Below are positions 54,508-62,454 of a DNA stretch of 64,000 nt, one piece after another. Below the pieces are notes generated by a model that ran no database searches, was not told the DNA's origin, and worked only from the letters and a program-made list of their open reading frames with translations. Made by a program: the position numbers and the translations under genes. Positions within the stretch are counted from its first letter, which is position 1. The number at the start of each line of letters is the position of its first letter. The stretch is from a virus (lineage: Duplodnaviria; Heunggongvirae; Uroviricota; Caudoviricetes). The stretch lies in IMG/VR virus record IMGVR_UViG_2706795421_000001, positions 22,247 through 86,246 of that record. One strand, written 5' to 3'.

Positions 54508-54983
54508 ACAAGGCTCTCCTTCTGAAAGACCAGTTGGCAGCAGCCCTACGATGTGAAGACCATACCCTGCAAGGTGTTGTCAGTTCTATCGTGTTCGGCC
54601 CTGCCCAGGGGCTTGATCATAACGGTATTGCGATCCGTGGGCCGGGGCTTCTAAGTGATCACCGGGAACTGGTACAGCGAGCCGACAGGGTATGGATGAA
54701 CATCGCCTACCGTCGAGCAGGTTTGCTAGTCAACATGAACGGCTTTACCCGGTCTGTGGTAGATGTGTTTATTCTCAAAGACAGGTATCACGGGCTGACA
54801 GGGTTGAGGTCCGTGGGTGTGGGGGAGGGATGGGCAAATGCCCTGGCCATCGACTGTGCCCTGCTGAAGAAGCAGTTCGAAGTTATTGTCGAAATCCCTT
54901 ACCAGTACGAGGGGTGGGCAACCGACCTGGTACGGGCAGGTGAGATTCCTGAAGGTGTGACCATCATGTCCTCGGGGGTGTAG
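54504..54983 (+). CDS. hypothetical protein (159 aa)
   Basis: ATGA overlap with the upstream stop. Confidence 0.45.
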   Translation: MNKALLLKDQLAAALRCEDHTLQGVVSSIVFGPAQGLDHNGIAIRGPGLLSDHRELVQRADRVWMNIAYRRAGLLVNMNGFTRSVVDVFILKDRYHGLTGLRSVGVGEGWANALAIDCALLKKQFEVIVEIPYQYEGWATDLVRAGEIPEGVTIMSSGV

Positions 54984-55051
54984 ATATTTGAGGGGCTGGG
55001 GATATTTGCTCTAGATATTTGGGTGGCCCCCTATTTCGAGCTAGATATTTG
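54981..55051. repeat. iteron-like array A: three copies of TAGATATTTG(R)GGG at about 30-31 bp spacing, plus a fourth GATATTTG
   Basis: Copies at 54981, 55012 and 55042, with GATATTTG at 55001. Noncoding. Confidence 0.55.
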
Positions 55052-55154
55052 AAGGGGCCTCCCAGCCTCGCTATCACATTTTTAAGCCGGCCCCTGACTC
55101 ACGGCCTAGGTTAGGGGAAAAATCGTCTCCTAGGCCCCTCAGAGGAGCTTACAA

Positions 55155-55367
55155 GTGCATATCAACATCACGCTTACAGTCGGTCCTGAGATTCGTTGTA
55201 AGAAGTGCGACTGCCCCACCCCTGCCCGGGATATCGTAGAAGGCCTCTGCCCTTCCTGCCGGACACTCAAGGCCTGGGAGGCGCTCGGGCAGGCTGCTCA
55301 AGAGCTGTGGGCTTCCACTTTCAAGAGCGTCAAGATCGATTCCGTTCGGCTTGAGCAAGGTACCTGA
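55155..55367 (+). CDS. small Zn-finger-like protein (70 aa, CxxC-x16-CxxC), GTG start, flanked by two iteron arrays
   Basis: GAGGAG upstream. Contains CKKCDC...CPSC. Confidence 0.45.
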   Translation: MHINITLTVGPEIRCKKCDCPTPARDIVEGLCPSCRTLKAWEALGQAAQELWASTFKSVKIDSVRLEQGT

Positions 55368-55443
55368 CAGATTTTCACAGCCGGGCGTAAGGTACTCGAC
55401 AGATTTTCACCGAGCGCCCAAGGTACTCGACAGATTTTTACAG
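55359..55443. repeat. iteron-like array B: three 22-bp direct repeats GGTACYYGACAGATTTT(C/T)AC at 31-32 bp spacing
   Basis: Copies at 55359, 55391 and 55422. The first overlaps the stop codon of the 55155 ORF. Confidence 0.6.
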
Positions 55444-55504
55444 AGACAGGTATCAAAAGAACTGTCAAGTTTCCCTCCCCAGGCGGCCCGACCCCTCGGC
55501 CTCT

Positions 55505-55544
55505 TGTAGCACGTCAACTTCCCGCTGTAGCACGTCACTCCCCC
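55505..55544. repeat. two direct repeats TGTAGCACGTCA(A/C)T(T/C)CCC
   Basis: Copies at 55505 and 55526. Confidence 0.4.
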
Positions 55545-55812
55545 GGTAAGTAGCTCCCTATCTATCCCTCCCTCACCGAAACTACCTTTCACATGCAATC
55601 ACCATGCCAACCTTGAAAAGCGCGCAGGGGCGGTGTTTGTCTCCGGCGCCCGGCCCCTCCGGCCTGCTTTCCCGCATGCCTACAGAATGCCAGGATGAGC
55701 CTGGAGTGTCAAGCCTTGGGCCAGGATTTTTCATCGCCGACCTGGCATGCTCTTTGCTACGCTTGCGCGTTCCTCTACCTGGCGTTGCCGGAGCAATTTC
55801 TTAAAAAAGGGG

Positions 55813-55840
55813 GTTGACTTCTAACCGTGCCACCGTAGAA
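55813..55840 (+). promoter_or_regulatory. sigma70-like early promoter TTGACT-N16-TAGAAT
   Basis: Consensus elements at 55813 and 55835. Confidence 0.6.
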
Positions 55841-55880
55841 TGACCCTCAAGCAAGGCAAACAACCTGTAGGAAGGTAACC

Positions 55881-56180
55881 ATGCAAAAAGCTCTCTGCAA
55901 TCAACGTGACCTGTACGCTGCCTATAACCGTGGCGAGTATGACCGCGTGGCCGTAGACCTGAATCGGTACTTCCCTATCGAACGGGACAACCAATGGGAA
56001 GACGGAGATGCTAACCTTCGTCGCCGCACCTATCTGGTGAAGCACTCGAAGGGCGTGGCCAGGTGGCACACTCTCTATCGTAATGGCCAGGTTCACGGCG
56101 TCGGCGTTATCTTCGACGTGAAACCAGATGAACCCTGGCAGTATCTCCAACGTAAAGCCGGGTCGAGTCCTTCCGCATAG
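55881..56180 (+). CDS. hypothetical early protein (99 aa)
   Basis: GGAAGG RBS. Sits downstream of the promoter. Confidence 0.5.
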   Translation: MQKALCNQRDLYAAYNRGEYDRVAVDLNRYFPIERDNQWEDGDANLRRRTYLVKHSKGVARWHTLYRNGQVHGVGVIFDVKPDEPWQYLQRKAGSSPSA

Positions 56181-56196
56181 CTTGAGGAGATGCAAG

Positions 56197-56340
56197 ATGC
56201 AAGCCTGGAACGTATTCCTTAACGGCCAATTGATCGATACTGTTTTCTTCGACGTGATGGCGGATACCGAAGAGGTTCGGAAATCGTTGATCAATCACGA
56301 CGGGTACCACTCTGACATTGTTGTAAAGGAGGCACAGTGA
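56197..56340 (+). CDS. small early ORF (47 aa)
   Basis: GAGGAG sits 7 nt before the ATG at 56197. Confidence 0.4.
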   Translation: MQAWNVFLNGQLIDTVFFDVMADTEEVRKSLINHDGYHSDIVVKEAQ

Positions 56341-56573
56341 TGCCCATCAAGGTAGGGGATATCGTAGCCATCCGGGGCGACCTTCGGAAAAAGCTCGACG
56401 GAACGTGCCAGTATCTGCCTGAACAGCTAGTGGACGGTAAATTCCTCAAGCATACCGGCACGGGAGAAATGTGGACTGGCCAGGTGGAACGTGTCCAGGG
56501 TGATATGGCCAAGGTAGGCGGGGGCTGGCGCGGAATTGAATCCTATGTGCCAGTCAGTGAAATAAACGCTTGA
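56337..56573 (+). CDS. hypothetical early protein (78 aa)
   Basis: GTGATG overlap with the upstream stop. Confidence 0.45.
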   Translation: MMPIKVGDIVAIRGDLRKKLDGTCQYLPEQLVDGKFLKHTGTGEMWTGQVERVQGDMAKVGGGWRGIESYVPVSEINA

Positions 56574-56598
56574 CAACCTGGCTAACCGTCCGCACAAT
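56570..56598 (+). promoter_or_regulatory. sigma70-like promoter TTGACA-N17-CACAAT
   Basis: Elements at 56570 and 56593. Confidence 0.45.
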
Positions 56599-56631
56599 AG
56601 CACTCACTAACACCAACAGAGGTAACACACA

Positions 56632-56835
56632 ATGCAAATTCATTTCTCCTCCCGCCCCGCAGCCCGTGCTTTCGTGAAGGGTTCTGCCGTACCTCGCCAG
56701 GTTGCTGATAACGGCGCTGAAGCCTCTCGCCGCTGGGGCGTCAAGCTGAGTATCTCGCCGTGCGTTCGCGTGTTGGGTTGTGATCACTTCGCCACTGGCA
56801 AGACTGGCAACATGGTGCCGGTTTACATCAAGTAA
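56632..56835 (+). CDS. hypothetical early protein (67 aa)
   Basis: ORF lies downstream of the promoter. Confidence 0.4.
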   Translation: MQIHFSSRPAARAFVKGSAVPRQVADNGAEASRRWGVKLSISPCVRVLGCDHFATGKTGNMVPVYIK

Positions 56836-56910
56836 CGTCAGAGTGCTTTTAGGGTTGCCCCTGGACGCCGGGGGCAGCTTGCCTAAATCCACTCCTGAGG
56901 AGAACACACG

Positions 56911-57459
56911 ATGAACATTGCTCAAAAAACCCTCCTGGCTTTCGCTCTGGTCACTCCCCTGGCCGTGGCAACCGGCGCAATGATCGGCAAGGCCGTTGCC
57001 CTGCCCCCTGCCCTGGAAGCTCAAGCTATGAGCCTGAAGGCTGAACACGCCAAGGATGTGGCAGACAACTATGTCCCCAAAATGAACATCATCCATACCG
57101 CTACAGGCGCCATCGAGTTGGGCCAAGTGTTCGGTGATCGCTTGGCGGGGAAGGTTGAAATGATCGTCAGGGGCAAGGTGCTGGCCAGCACTCATATCAA
57201 CGGTCGTAGTGTTCAGCAAGCCCTGGAAGAGGCGGCGGGCGGGACTATCGAAGACCGCGTACTGAATAAAGATGTCACTTTCCGAATCACCATGGATCGC
57301 CTGTACCAGTCCGAAAACTTCCCTCAGTTTACGGTGGTGATGCTCAATTCCTACGTCTATGGCAAGGACGGGGACAGCATGACAGCCCTGGCCGCCCGCC
57401 TGGAAAAACAGCGCCTGGCAACTGTGAAGATGTTCGAAGAAACTCGAATCCTGAAATAA
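56911..57459 (+). CDS. secreted/periplasmic early protein (182 aa, signal peptide)
   Basis: GAGGAG RBS. Signal peptide MNIAQKTLLAFALVTPLAVATGAMIG. Confidence 0.5.
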   Translation: MNIAQKTLLAFALVTPLAVATGAMIGKAVALPPALEAQAMSLKAEHAKDVADNYVPKMNIIHTATGAIELGQVFGDRLAGKVEMIVRGKVLASTHINGRSVQQALEEAAGGTIEDRVLNKDVTFRITMDRLYQSENFPQFTVVMLNSYVYGKDGDSMTALAARLEKQRLATVKMFEETRILK

Positions 57460-57463
57460 AGTG

Positions 57464-57491
57464 TTGACACGGAATCTCGTGTCTGTAGAAT
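57464..57491 (+). promoter_or_regulatory. sigma70-like early promoter TTGACA-N16-TAGAAT (with AATAAAGTG upstream box)
   Basis: aataaagtgttgacac...tgtagaat. The same upstream box recurs at 60052. Confidence 0.6.
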
Positions 57492-57540
57492 AGGCATCAC
57501 AGAGGGGGACGGTCCCCCTCCTCCTAAAAGGAAAGCTTGC

Positions 57541-57942
57541 ATGACCACTCTCGATCCTAAAGTTCTGGCACGTCAAGGCATGATCAAGGAAGCTGTTCAA
57601 GCTTTCAAAGATATGGGCGTAGACTCCCCCCCCTGGAATGCTGAGAATGTGGCAACATTCCGAAACTACGATGTCACCTTGGGCGAGGTAGACTTGTCTG
57701 AAGAGGAGTTTGTGGAAGAGTTGGATTCTATCCACGAAGCGATTAAGATCGGAAACATCTCCTTCTCTGCCGGTCAAGTGCTGCTCAAACTGGACCCTGT
57801 AGCCTTCCGTTGTGCATGCGGGGAGTATGAGTCTCAGTTGGACGCAGAGCTTGAGGAGGCACTGCAACACGAAGATGACGATTGTATCGAATTCTTCGTC
57901 GATCCTGCCGATTGGGGAGAGGTGGAAGAAGAGGAAGAATAA
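57541..57942 (+). CDS. hypothetical acidic early protein (133 aa)
   Basis: AAAGGAAAG RBS. C-terminus is EEVEEEEE. Confidence 0.5.
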   Translation: MTTLDPKVLARQGMIKEAVQAFKDMGVDSPPWNAENVATFRNYDVTLGEVDLSEEEFVEELDSIHEAIKIGNISFSAGQVLLKLDPVAFRCACGEYESQLDAELEEALQHEDDDCIEFFVDPADWGEVEEEEE

Positions 57943-57945
57943 GGG

Positions 57946-57974
57946 TTGACAAGGGGCCAGGAAACTCCTAAACT
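57946..57974 (+). promoter_or_regulatory. sigma70-like promoter TTGACA-N17-TAAACT
   Basis: Elements at 57946 and 57969. Confidence 0.4.
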
Positions 57975-58008
57975 GGCCCCAACACCAACGAACTGAGGGT
58001 AACACAAC

Positions 58009-58398
58009 ATGGTCAAGTTCGAAGAGATTGCACAGCGTTTCAAGAATTCCCAACGCCGCTGGGACAAGCCAGGCGTCATGGCTGCCATGCAAGAGGCGGT
58101 CAATAACGCCCCCGTCAAGGTGGTGGTAGAGTCCACCAGCAAGGCGCTCAAGCCGGACACTCCTACCGTTCGGATCATCGTCCGGAAGTGGATCAAAGCT
58201 CGGCTCGGCGAGGAGTTCACCGTGTACGATATCATCCCCTACGTCCACCACCTGGCCACCCCCAGTGACGTGAACAACGCCCTCAAGCATTGGAAATTGC
58301 AAGGCGTGCAAATCCCCACCATTCGCCAGCAGCAGCGGGAAGCGGGGAAAGCTGGCCGTCCTATCAACGTGTATCGTTGCGATGAGTTCGCAGCCTGA
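58009..58398 (+). CDS. hypothetical early protein (129 aa)
   Basis: GAGGG RBS. Confidence 0.5.
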   Translation: MVKFEEIAQRFKNSQRRWDKPGVMAAMQEAVNNAPVKVVVESTSKALKPDTPTVRIIVRKWIKARLGEEFTVYDIIPYVHHLATPSDVNNALKHWKLQGVQIPTIRQQQREAGKAGRPINVYRCDEFAA

Positions 58399-58422
58399 CC
58401 TTTCACTCTGAGGAGATATATC

Positions 58423-58536
58423 ATGCGTACTGACAAATCCGGCGCCCGTTCCGAACGTAAAGAAGCCATCAAGGCGAGCCGTGAGCTTCTTTACGTTCGG
58501 AAGAACAAGCGGAAACAATGGGTCAGTAAGGATTGA
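58423..58536 (+). CDS. small basic ORF (37 aa)
   Basis: GAGGAG sits 8 nt before the ATG. A terminator-like hairpin follows. Confidence 0.3.
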   Translation: MRTDKSGARSERKEAIKASRELLYVRKNKRKQWVSKD

Positions 58537-58560
58537 CCTGGCGCCGGGGGCGCCTTCCCT

Positions 58561-58585
58561 AAACCCTGGACATTCTCCAGGGTTT
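58561..58585 (+). terminator. hairpin terminator candidate
   Basis: AAACCCTGGACATTCTCCAGGGTTT. Confidence 0.45.
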
Positions 58586-58756
58586 ACGAAAGATGCTCTA
58601 AATGATACACTGCAACCCCACATTTGAGGTTTAATCATGGTCATTGAATGTTGTCCTGGACCCGTAGAGTATTGCTTTTCCCTGGCGCTGTGCCTGGCTA
58701 AGGCTGGGGTTAAAGTGAAACTGTTCCGAACCGGTAAAGAGTGGGGAGTGATTCCG

Positions 58757-59148
58757 TGCCGAGACGTTTAAGAGCCATTCCGACCTGGGTATCTGGGGGA
58801 GATGAAGAAGACACCCCGCGCAAGCCTGTCCTTTCAGTGATAGACCGGGCTTGCCCTATTCAACGGAAGTTAAATGCCCTGGACCGAGATTGCGAGGAGT
58901 TACGGCGCAAGCAAGATACCCTAGAGCCTGCCACTTTTGACCAACTGGCCAATAGCCTGGAAGAGCGGCGGCAAGCCTTGTGGAAGGCCTTTGAATCCAA
59001 GTACGGCGCAGAGCCTGAAGAGGACAGCCACGACACCATCAAGGCCCTGGCTGACGCCAGTATTCAGCCCGCGCAACATGTGGACAGCGGGGCATTGCTG
59101 TTGTTGGGCTTAGCGGCGGTACTCTTCGCCGCCTGGCTGTTCAAATAA
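58757..59148 (+). CDS. hypothetical protein with C-terminal TM anchor (about 130 aa, GTG start; alternative GTG at 58741)
   Basis: GGGGAG sits 8 nt before the GTG at 58757. C-terminal LLLLGLAAVLFAAWLFK. Confidence 0.35.
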
Positions 59149-59163
59149 AAGATCAAAAAGGGC

Positions 59164-59192
59164 TTGACGTGCGCAACGGATGGCCCTAGCAT
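59164..59192 (+). promoter_or_regulatory. sigma70-like promoter TTGACG-N17-TAGCAT
   Basis: Elements at 59164 and 59187. Confidence 0.5.
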
Positions 59193-59236
59193 CTCTCTCA
59201 TAAACACAAACCCTTACTTACAAGGTAGATCGAAAC

Positions 59237-59500
59237 ATGAATACCAATGCAAACCCCGCGCAAACCCTTACTCCCGCCGACGCTTTGGAAGCGGTGGAAC
59301 TTCTGATGATCCTGGGAATCGAGGCGTACCAATCCGGTGCATGGTTGAATGAAAGTGATTCAACTGTTCAGGTTACTGACAGCGCTATTGCGTTGTGGAG
59401 CAGCACTCTTAACCGCTACAAGCTGCTGGACCTGGCACGGACGTTTGCTGAAGAAGCCAGCTTGTTAGAACTTCAAATCAAAGCCCGGGAGGTTTGCTAA
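59237..59500 (+). CDS. hypothetical early protein (87 aa)
   Basis: ORF lies downstream of the promoter. Confidence 0.45.
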   Translation: MNTNANPAQTLTPADALEAVELLMILGIEAYQSGAWLNESDSTVQVTDSAIALWSSTLNRYKLLDLARTFAEEASLLELQIKAREVC

Positions 59501-59736
59501 TGATCAGTCTCGTTCTCACTCTCTGCACTGCCCTGGCATGTGATGATTATGTGATCGCGCAAGACAGCGATGCTGACATCATCAATCACACCCTGTACGT
59601 TGAATCTGAAGAGTTAGGCGATGCCTGGGTGGCCCCTAACGCCAACGACCGCATTGGCCGCTACCTGGCACGGTTCAACATCTCCACTCCCCCGGCTATG
59701 GTAGTGGACTACGACTACACTGTGGAGGGTAACTGA
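59494..59736 (+). CDS. hypothetical early protein (80 aa)
   Basis: Overlaps the upstream gene by 7 nt. Confidence 0.45.
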   Translation: MLMISLVLTLCTALACDDYVIAQDSDADIINHTLYVESEELGDAWVAPNANDRIGRYLARFNISTPPAMVVDYDYTVEGN

Positions 59737-59737
59737 A

Positions 59738-60016
59738 ATGCATTGGAACATTCTCGACGATGTACGCGCCAGCCTGGCAATGGTTTTCCTGTTCGAAGCG
59801 GTCCATGATGTGGCTGCCTGGACCCTGCTAGGCCATAAGCATGGCTTTGCCATTGAAGACGTGGCCGCCCTGTCCGCCGAGTTCTACCTACCTCTGACGG
59901 AAGTATTCCAAGCCCTGGAGGAAGCATCTGGCGATGTGGAAGAGGTAAGGGAAACCCTGCAACAGGCCGCCGCAAGTCGATTAGTCGATGACTCCCTGGA
60001 CTACTACAGTCGCTAA
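59738..60016 (+). CDS. hypothetical early protein (92 aa)
   Basis: TGAAATG junction. A terminator follows. Confidence 0.45.
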   Translation: MHWNILDDVRASLAMVFLFEAVHDVAAWTLLGHKHGFAIEDVAALSAEFYLPLTEVFQALEEASGDVEEVRETLQQAAASRLVDDSLDYYSR

Positions 60017-60019
60017 CAC

Positions 60020-60048
60020 CAGCCCCGCTCATGCGGGGCTTTTGTTTG
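60020..60048 (+). terminator. rho-independent terminator
   Basis: CAGCCCCGCTCATGCGGGGCTTTTGTTTG. Confidence 0.65.
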
Positions 60049-60060
60049 CCTGAAATAAAG

Positions 60061-60088
60061 TGTTGACACTATAGGCCCTTCCTGTAGA
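60061..60088 (+). promoter_or_regulatory. sigma70-like early promoter TTGACA-N16-TAGAAT
   Basis: aataaagtgttgacac...ctgtagaat. Confidence 0.6.
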
Positions 60089-60139
60089 ATGGCCGCCATA
60101 CACAAGGAAAATGTTCCACAACATCCTCTGGAGATAATC

Positions 60140-60271
60140 ATGCGTTCGATCAAATCCCTCGCACGAGAAGCCTACAAAAACCGCTATGCGTTTGCACGTG
60201 TAACCGTTGCCCGTGATGGAAATATGCTCGGGCATTGGGCCGGAGTTCGAACCCCTTCTTTTCACGTCTAA
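60140..60271 (+). CDS. small ORF (43 aa); may be the 5' part of a gene completed in the +1 frame
   Basis: GGAG RBS before the ATG at 60140. The frame closes at 60271 while the +1 frame continues to 60413. Confidence 0.3.
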   Translation: MRSIKSLAREAYKNRYAFARVTVARDGNMLGHWAGVRTPSFHV

Positions 60272-60413
60272 GAGTCTTGCTGTTCAATACGCCAAGCAAA
60301 TCATCAAGCACGGAAAAGCGCACGACGTTTTCCCACCCTTTACGCCTGTTATCGAGACCCGTCACAAGGCGGATATGCACCGGTTCACCGTCCACGACAA
60401 AATCCCTGAATAA
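60207..60413 (+). CDS. ORF (68 aa) overlapping the previous one in +1 frame; possible frameshift partner
   Basis: No RBS of its own. Fills the space up to the next promoter. Confidence 0.3.
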   Translation: MPVMEICSGIGPEFEPLLFTSKSLAVQYAKQIIKHGKAHDVFPPFTPVIETRHKADMHRFTVHDKIPE

Positions 60414-60425
60414 AAGCTTGACTTC

Positions 60426-60453
60426 CCTCCCGCTTCCCGTAGAATAGGCTTCA
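60426..60453 (+). promoter_or_regulatory. sigma70-like early promoter TTGACT-N16-TAGAAT
   Basis: Elements at 60426 and 60448. Confidence 0.6.
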
Positions 60454-60488
60454 AAGGGCAAGGGCCCTCTTTCATAAAGGTGACACAA

Positions 60489-61034
60489 ATGAAAAATATC
60501 GAACTGAACATCGGCGGCAAAGACTTCACTTTCAAGGTGGAGGTGGTGAGAGATGATGAGCATGGGGCGCCTTGGGAAGAGCAAGATGGGCATGGCCCTG
60601 TGAGCGATTGGACCTGTCGAGATAAGCGCCCTGGCGAGTTAGTCTTGAACAGTGACGGAGCCAGGAAGCGTTTCTATGACTTCTCCGAGGCCTGCCGGAT
60701 TGCCCTCCGTGATGGTTGGGATTCTTATCCTCACAACCTCTTTGGCGAGCAATCCAAACGCCAGCAAGCTGCAAAGGCAGCCCGTGCCGACTTCGAATAT
60801 CTTCGCGCATGGTGCCAGGATGAATGGTATTGGGTAGGGATTATCGTCACTTTGCTGGACGAAGATGGGAATAAAACGGACATCCGCGACTCTTTGTGGG
60901 GACTGTCCAGTAACGATGAAGACGGCATAGCTTATGAGGCTGGAATCATCGCCGATGACCTGGCAAGGGGTTATGACGTCCGTTGGGGCGAGGTCGTAAA
61001 AAAAATACGTATGAATTCTTCTAAAATCGCTTGA
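60489..61034 (+). CDS. hypothetical early protein (181 aa)
   Basis: AAAGG sits 8 nt before the ATG at 60489. The track starts at the GTG at 60480. Confidence 0.5.
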   Translation: MKNIELNIGGKDFTFKVEVVRDDEHGAPWEEQDGHGPVSDWTCRDKRPGELVLNSDGARKRFYDFSEACRIALRDGWDSYPHNLFGEQSKRQQAAKAARADFEYLRAWCQDEWYWVGIIVTLLDEDGNKTDIRDSLWGLSSNDEDGIAYEAGIIADDLARGYDVRWGEVVKKIRMNSSKIA

Positions 61035-61058
61035 CAGTCTAGGCCATTCGCGTAGAAT
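61031..61058 (+). promoter_or_regulatory. sigma70-like early promoter TTGACA-N16-TAGAAT
   Basis: Elements at 61031 and 61053. Confidence 0.6.
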
Positions 61059-61110
61059 GGCCCTCAAGCAAGACAAACCGCCGACAGGCAAAACCTCAAG
61101 GAACTAAGCC

Positions 61111-61626
61111 ATGACTACCGAAAACCTTTCCTCTCAAGAAATTGAAACCGCCGTTGACGAATTCCTGAAGTCAATCGACGTTACCCTGGCCACCGTGTGC
61201 CGAGGTGAGCGCAACAGTGAAGGTTGGGTGCATGACCTGTGGGATGTAAGCCTCATCCGTGGTGATGGACGCCCTGGAGTTCTCGACACTGAATTCCGCA
61301 CTGGCGTGGGGCATCGCAGAACTACAGTCCCCATGCCGTTTGAGATACGTCGTCTGGCTCCGAACATTCTGGCACGGGTGGAGTGGGAAAAACGTTACCT
61401 CAAACCTGTAGCGCCTAAGGCTGCCTGTATCCTGTCCAACCTTATCCTCGACTGCGATGTCGGTGGTCACACCTTCGAAGAGTTCTGCTGCGACTTAGGT
61501 TATGACACAGATAGCCGGAAGGCCTTGGACACTTACATGGCGTGTCAAGAGACTACATCCAAGCTTCGCCGATTCTTCTCTCAGGAAGAGATCGAAACCC
61601 TCCGCCGACTGGTCGAGCATTACTGA
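61111..61626 (+). CDS. hypothetical early protein (171 aa)
   Basis: Sits downstream of the promoter and is followed by a terminator. Contains the 29-bp repeat copy 1. Confidence 0.5.
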   Translation: MTTENLSSQEIETAVDEFLKSIDVTLATVCRGERNSEGWVHDLWDVSLIRGDGRPGVLDTEFRTGVGHRRTTVPMPFEIRRLAPNILARVEWEKRYLKPVAPKAACILSNLILDCDVGGHTFEEFCCDLGYDTDSRKALDTYMACQETTSKLRRFFSQEEIETLRRLVEHY

Positions 61627-61660
61627 AAACCGAGCCCCCGTAATGGGGGCTTTCTTTTTC
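61626..61660 (+). terminator. rho-independent terminator
   Basis: AAAACCGAGCCCCCGTAATGGGGGCTTTCTTTTTCC. Confidence 0.65.
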
Positions 61661-61669
61661 CTAAAAGGC

Positions 61670-61697
61670 TTGACCTGGCTACCGCTTCCTGTAGAAT
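61670..61697 (+). promoter_or_regulatory. sigma70-like early promoter TTGACC-N16-TAGAAT
   Basis: Elements at 61670 and 61692. A leader of about 180 nt without ORF follows. Confidence 0.6.
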
Positions 61698-61890
61698 GCG
61701 CATCAAAGGGAAGCACAAAGCTCCCCAAGCATGAGAAATGCACTCGCAAAATCACCTTGCTAGCGCCTTCTGGAATTTCTGCCATCGACGCCAAGGAGCG
61801 TGCTGAAGTCGCCGCAATGATTGGTTAGTATATTCTAGCAGGATTCGAAGTTTCGATTCAGCACTAACACCTTAAACCCGGAGTACCGAC

Positions 61891-62061
61891 AATGAAACGT
61901 CAATATACTGATTCCTACTATTGCAAAGCAATCACCGGCATGATCTCTGTCCTCGGCAGCAAGAAAGTTACCACTCAAGCGCCGCCGTCGATGAAAGCCT
62001 CTCGAAATAAACTGCTGAAAAAGATGATAAAATACGTCGCACGGGCAGGATGGAAACCGTA
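61891..62061 (+). CDS. small basic protein (56 aa)
   Basis: GGAG RBS. MKRQYTDSYYCKAITG... Confidence 0.4.
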
Positions 62062-62113
62062 ATCGACTAATTATCACAGCCCCGGCTTGCCGGGGCCTCT
62101 CACAGGAAAGGCC

Positions 62114-62250
62114 ATGAAAAACGTTCAAATCTGCTGTCCGAAGTGTGGAGCCATCAACGGCGGCAACAGTAAACACAAGTGGTCAGTCGCATTAGGTAAG
62201 AAGTGGTGCGGCCATTGTGGGTCTAACCTCTCAAGCAAGGAAAGAACATG
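62114..62250 (+). CDS. small Zn-ribbon protein (45 aa; CPKC...CGHC)
   Basis: GGAAAGG RBS. A hairpin lies upstream. Confidence 0.4.
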
Positions 62251-62359
62251 AACGCCACCCTGGCACGCCTACAGAACGAACGCTGTGCAACCCTTCGCCT
62301 GATGCTTCTGCCGGAGCATCGTGGATACCAGTTCACTGGCCACCGTGTGCCGAGGTGAG
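62249..62359 (+). CDS. small ORF (36 aa) ending inside 29-bp repeat copy 2
   Basis: GGAAAG upstream. ATGA junction with the upstream ORF. Confidence 0.25.
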
Positions 62360-62414
62360 CGCAATCTCCACGATGAAGCCAGGTCCATCCGCAGCCATCA
62401 CAGCTAACCCTTAC

Positions 62415-62440
62415 CAGCCCGGCACAGCCGGGCTTTCTCT
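62415..62440 (+). terminator. hairpin with short U-tract, shares motif with the hairpin at 62078
   Basis: CAGCCCGGCACAGCCGGGCTTTCTCT, then CACAGGAGGAAACATG. Confidence 0.45.
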
Positions 62441-62454
62441 CACAGGAGGAAACA

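Noticed and set aside
54981-55443. Possible CRISPR array (short direct repeats at about 30-bp spacing).
   Set aside because: There are only three copies per unit, the repeats are short (10-22 bp) and differ between the two sets, and no cas genes are present. The pattern fits iterons better.
55604-55804. 66-aa ORF in the GC-rich stretch after the iterons.
   Set aside because: No SD, Pro/Gly/Ala-rich composition driven by GC content, and it sits between repeat arrays and a promoter. More likely noncoding origin/regulatory DNA.
61502-61828. 108-aa plus-strand ORF spanning the terminator and promoter at 61626..61697.
   Set aside because: It overlaps gene 61111..61626 in another frame and reads through a terminator and a promoter. 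The part downstream of the promoter has no in-frame start.
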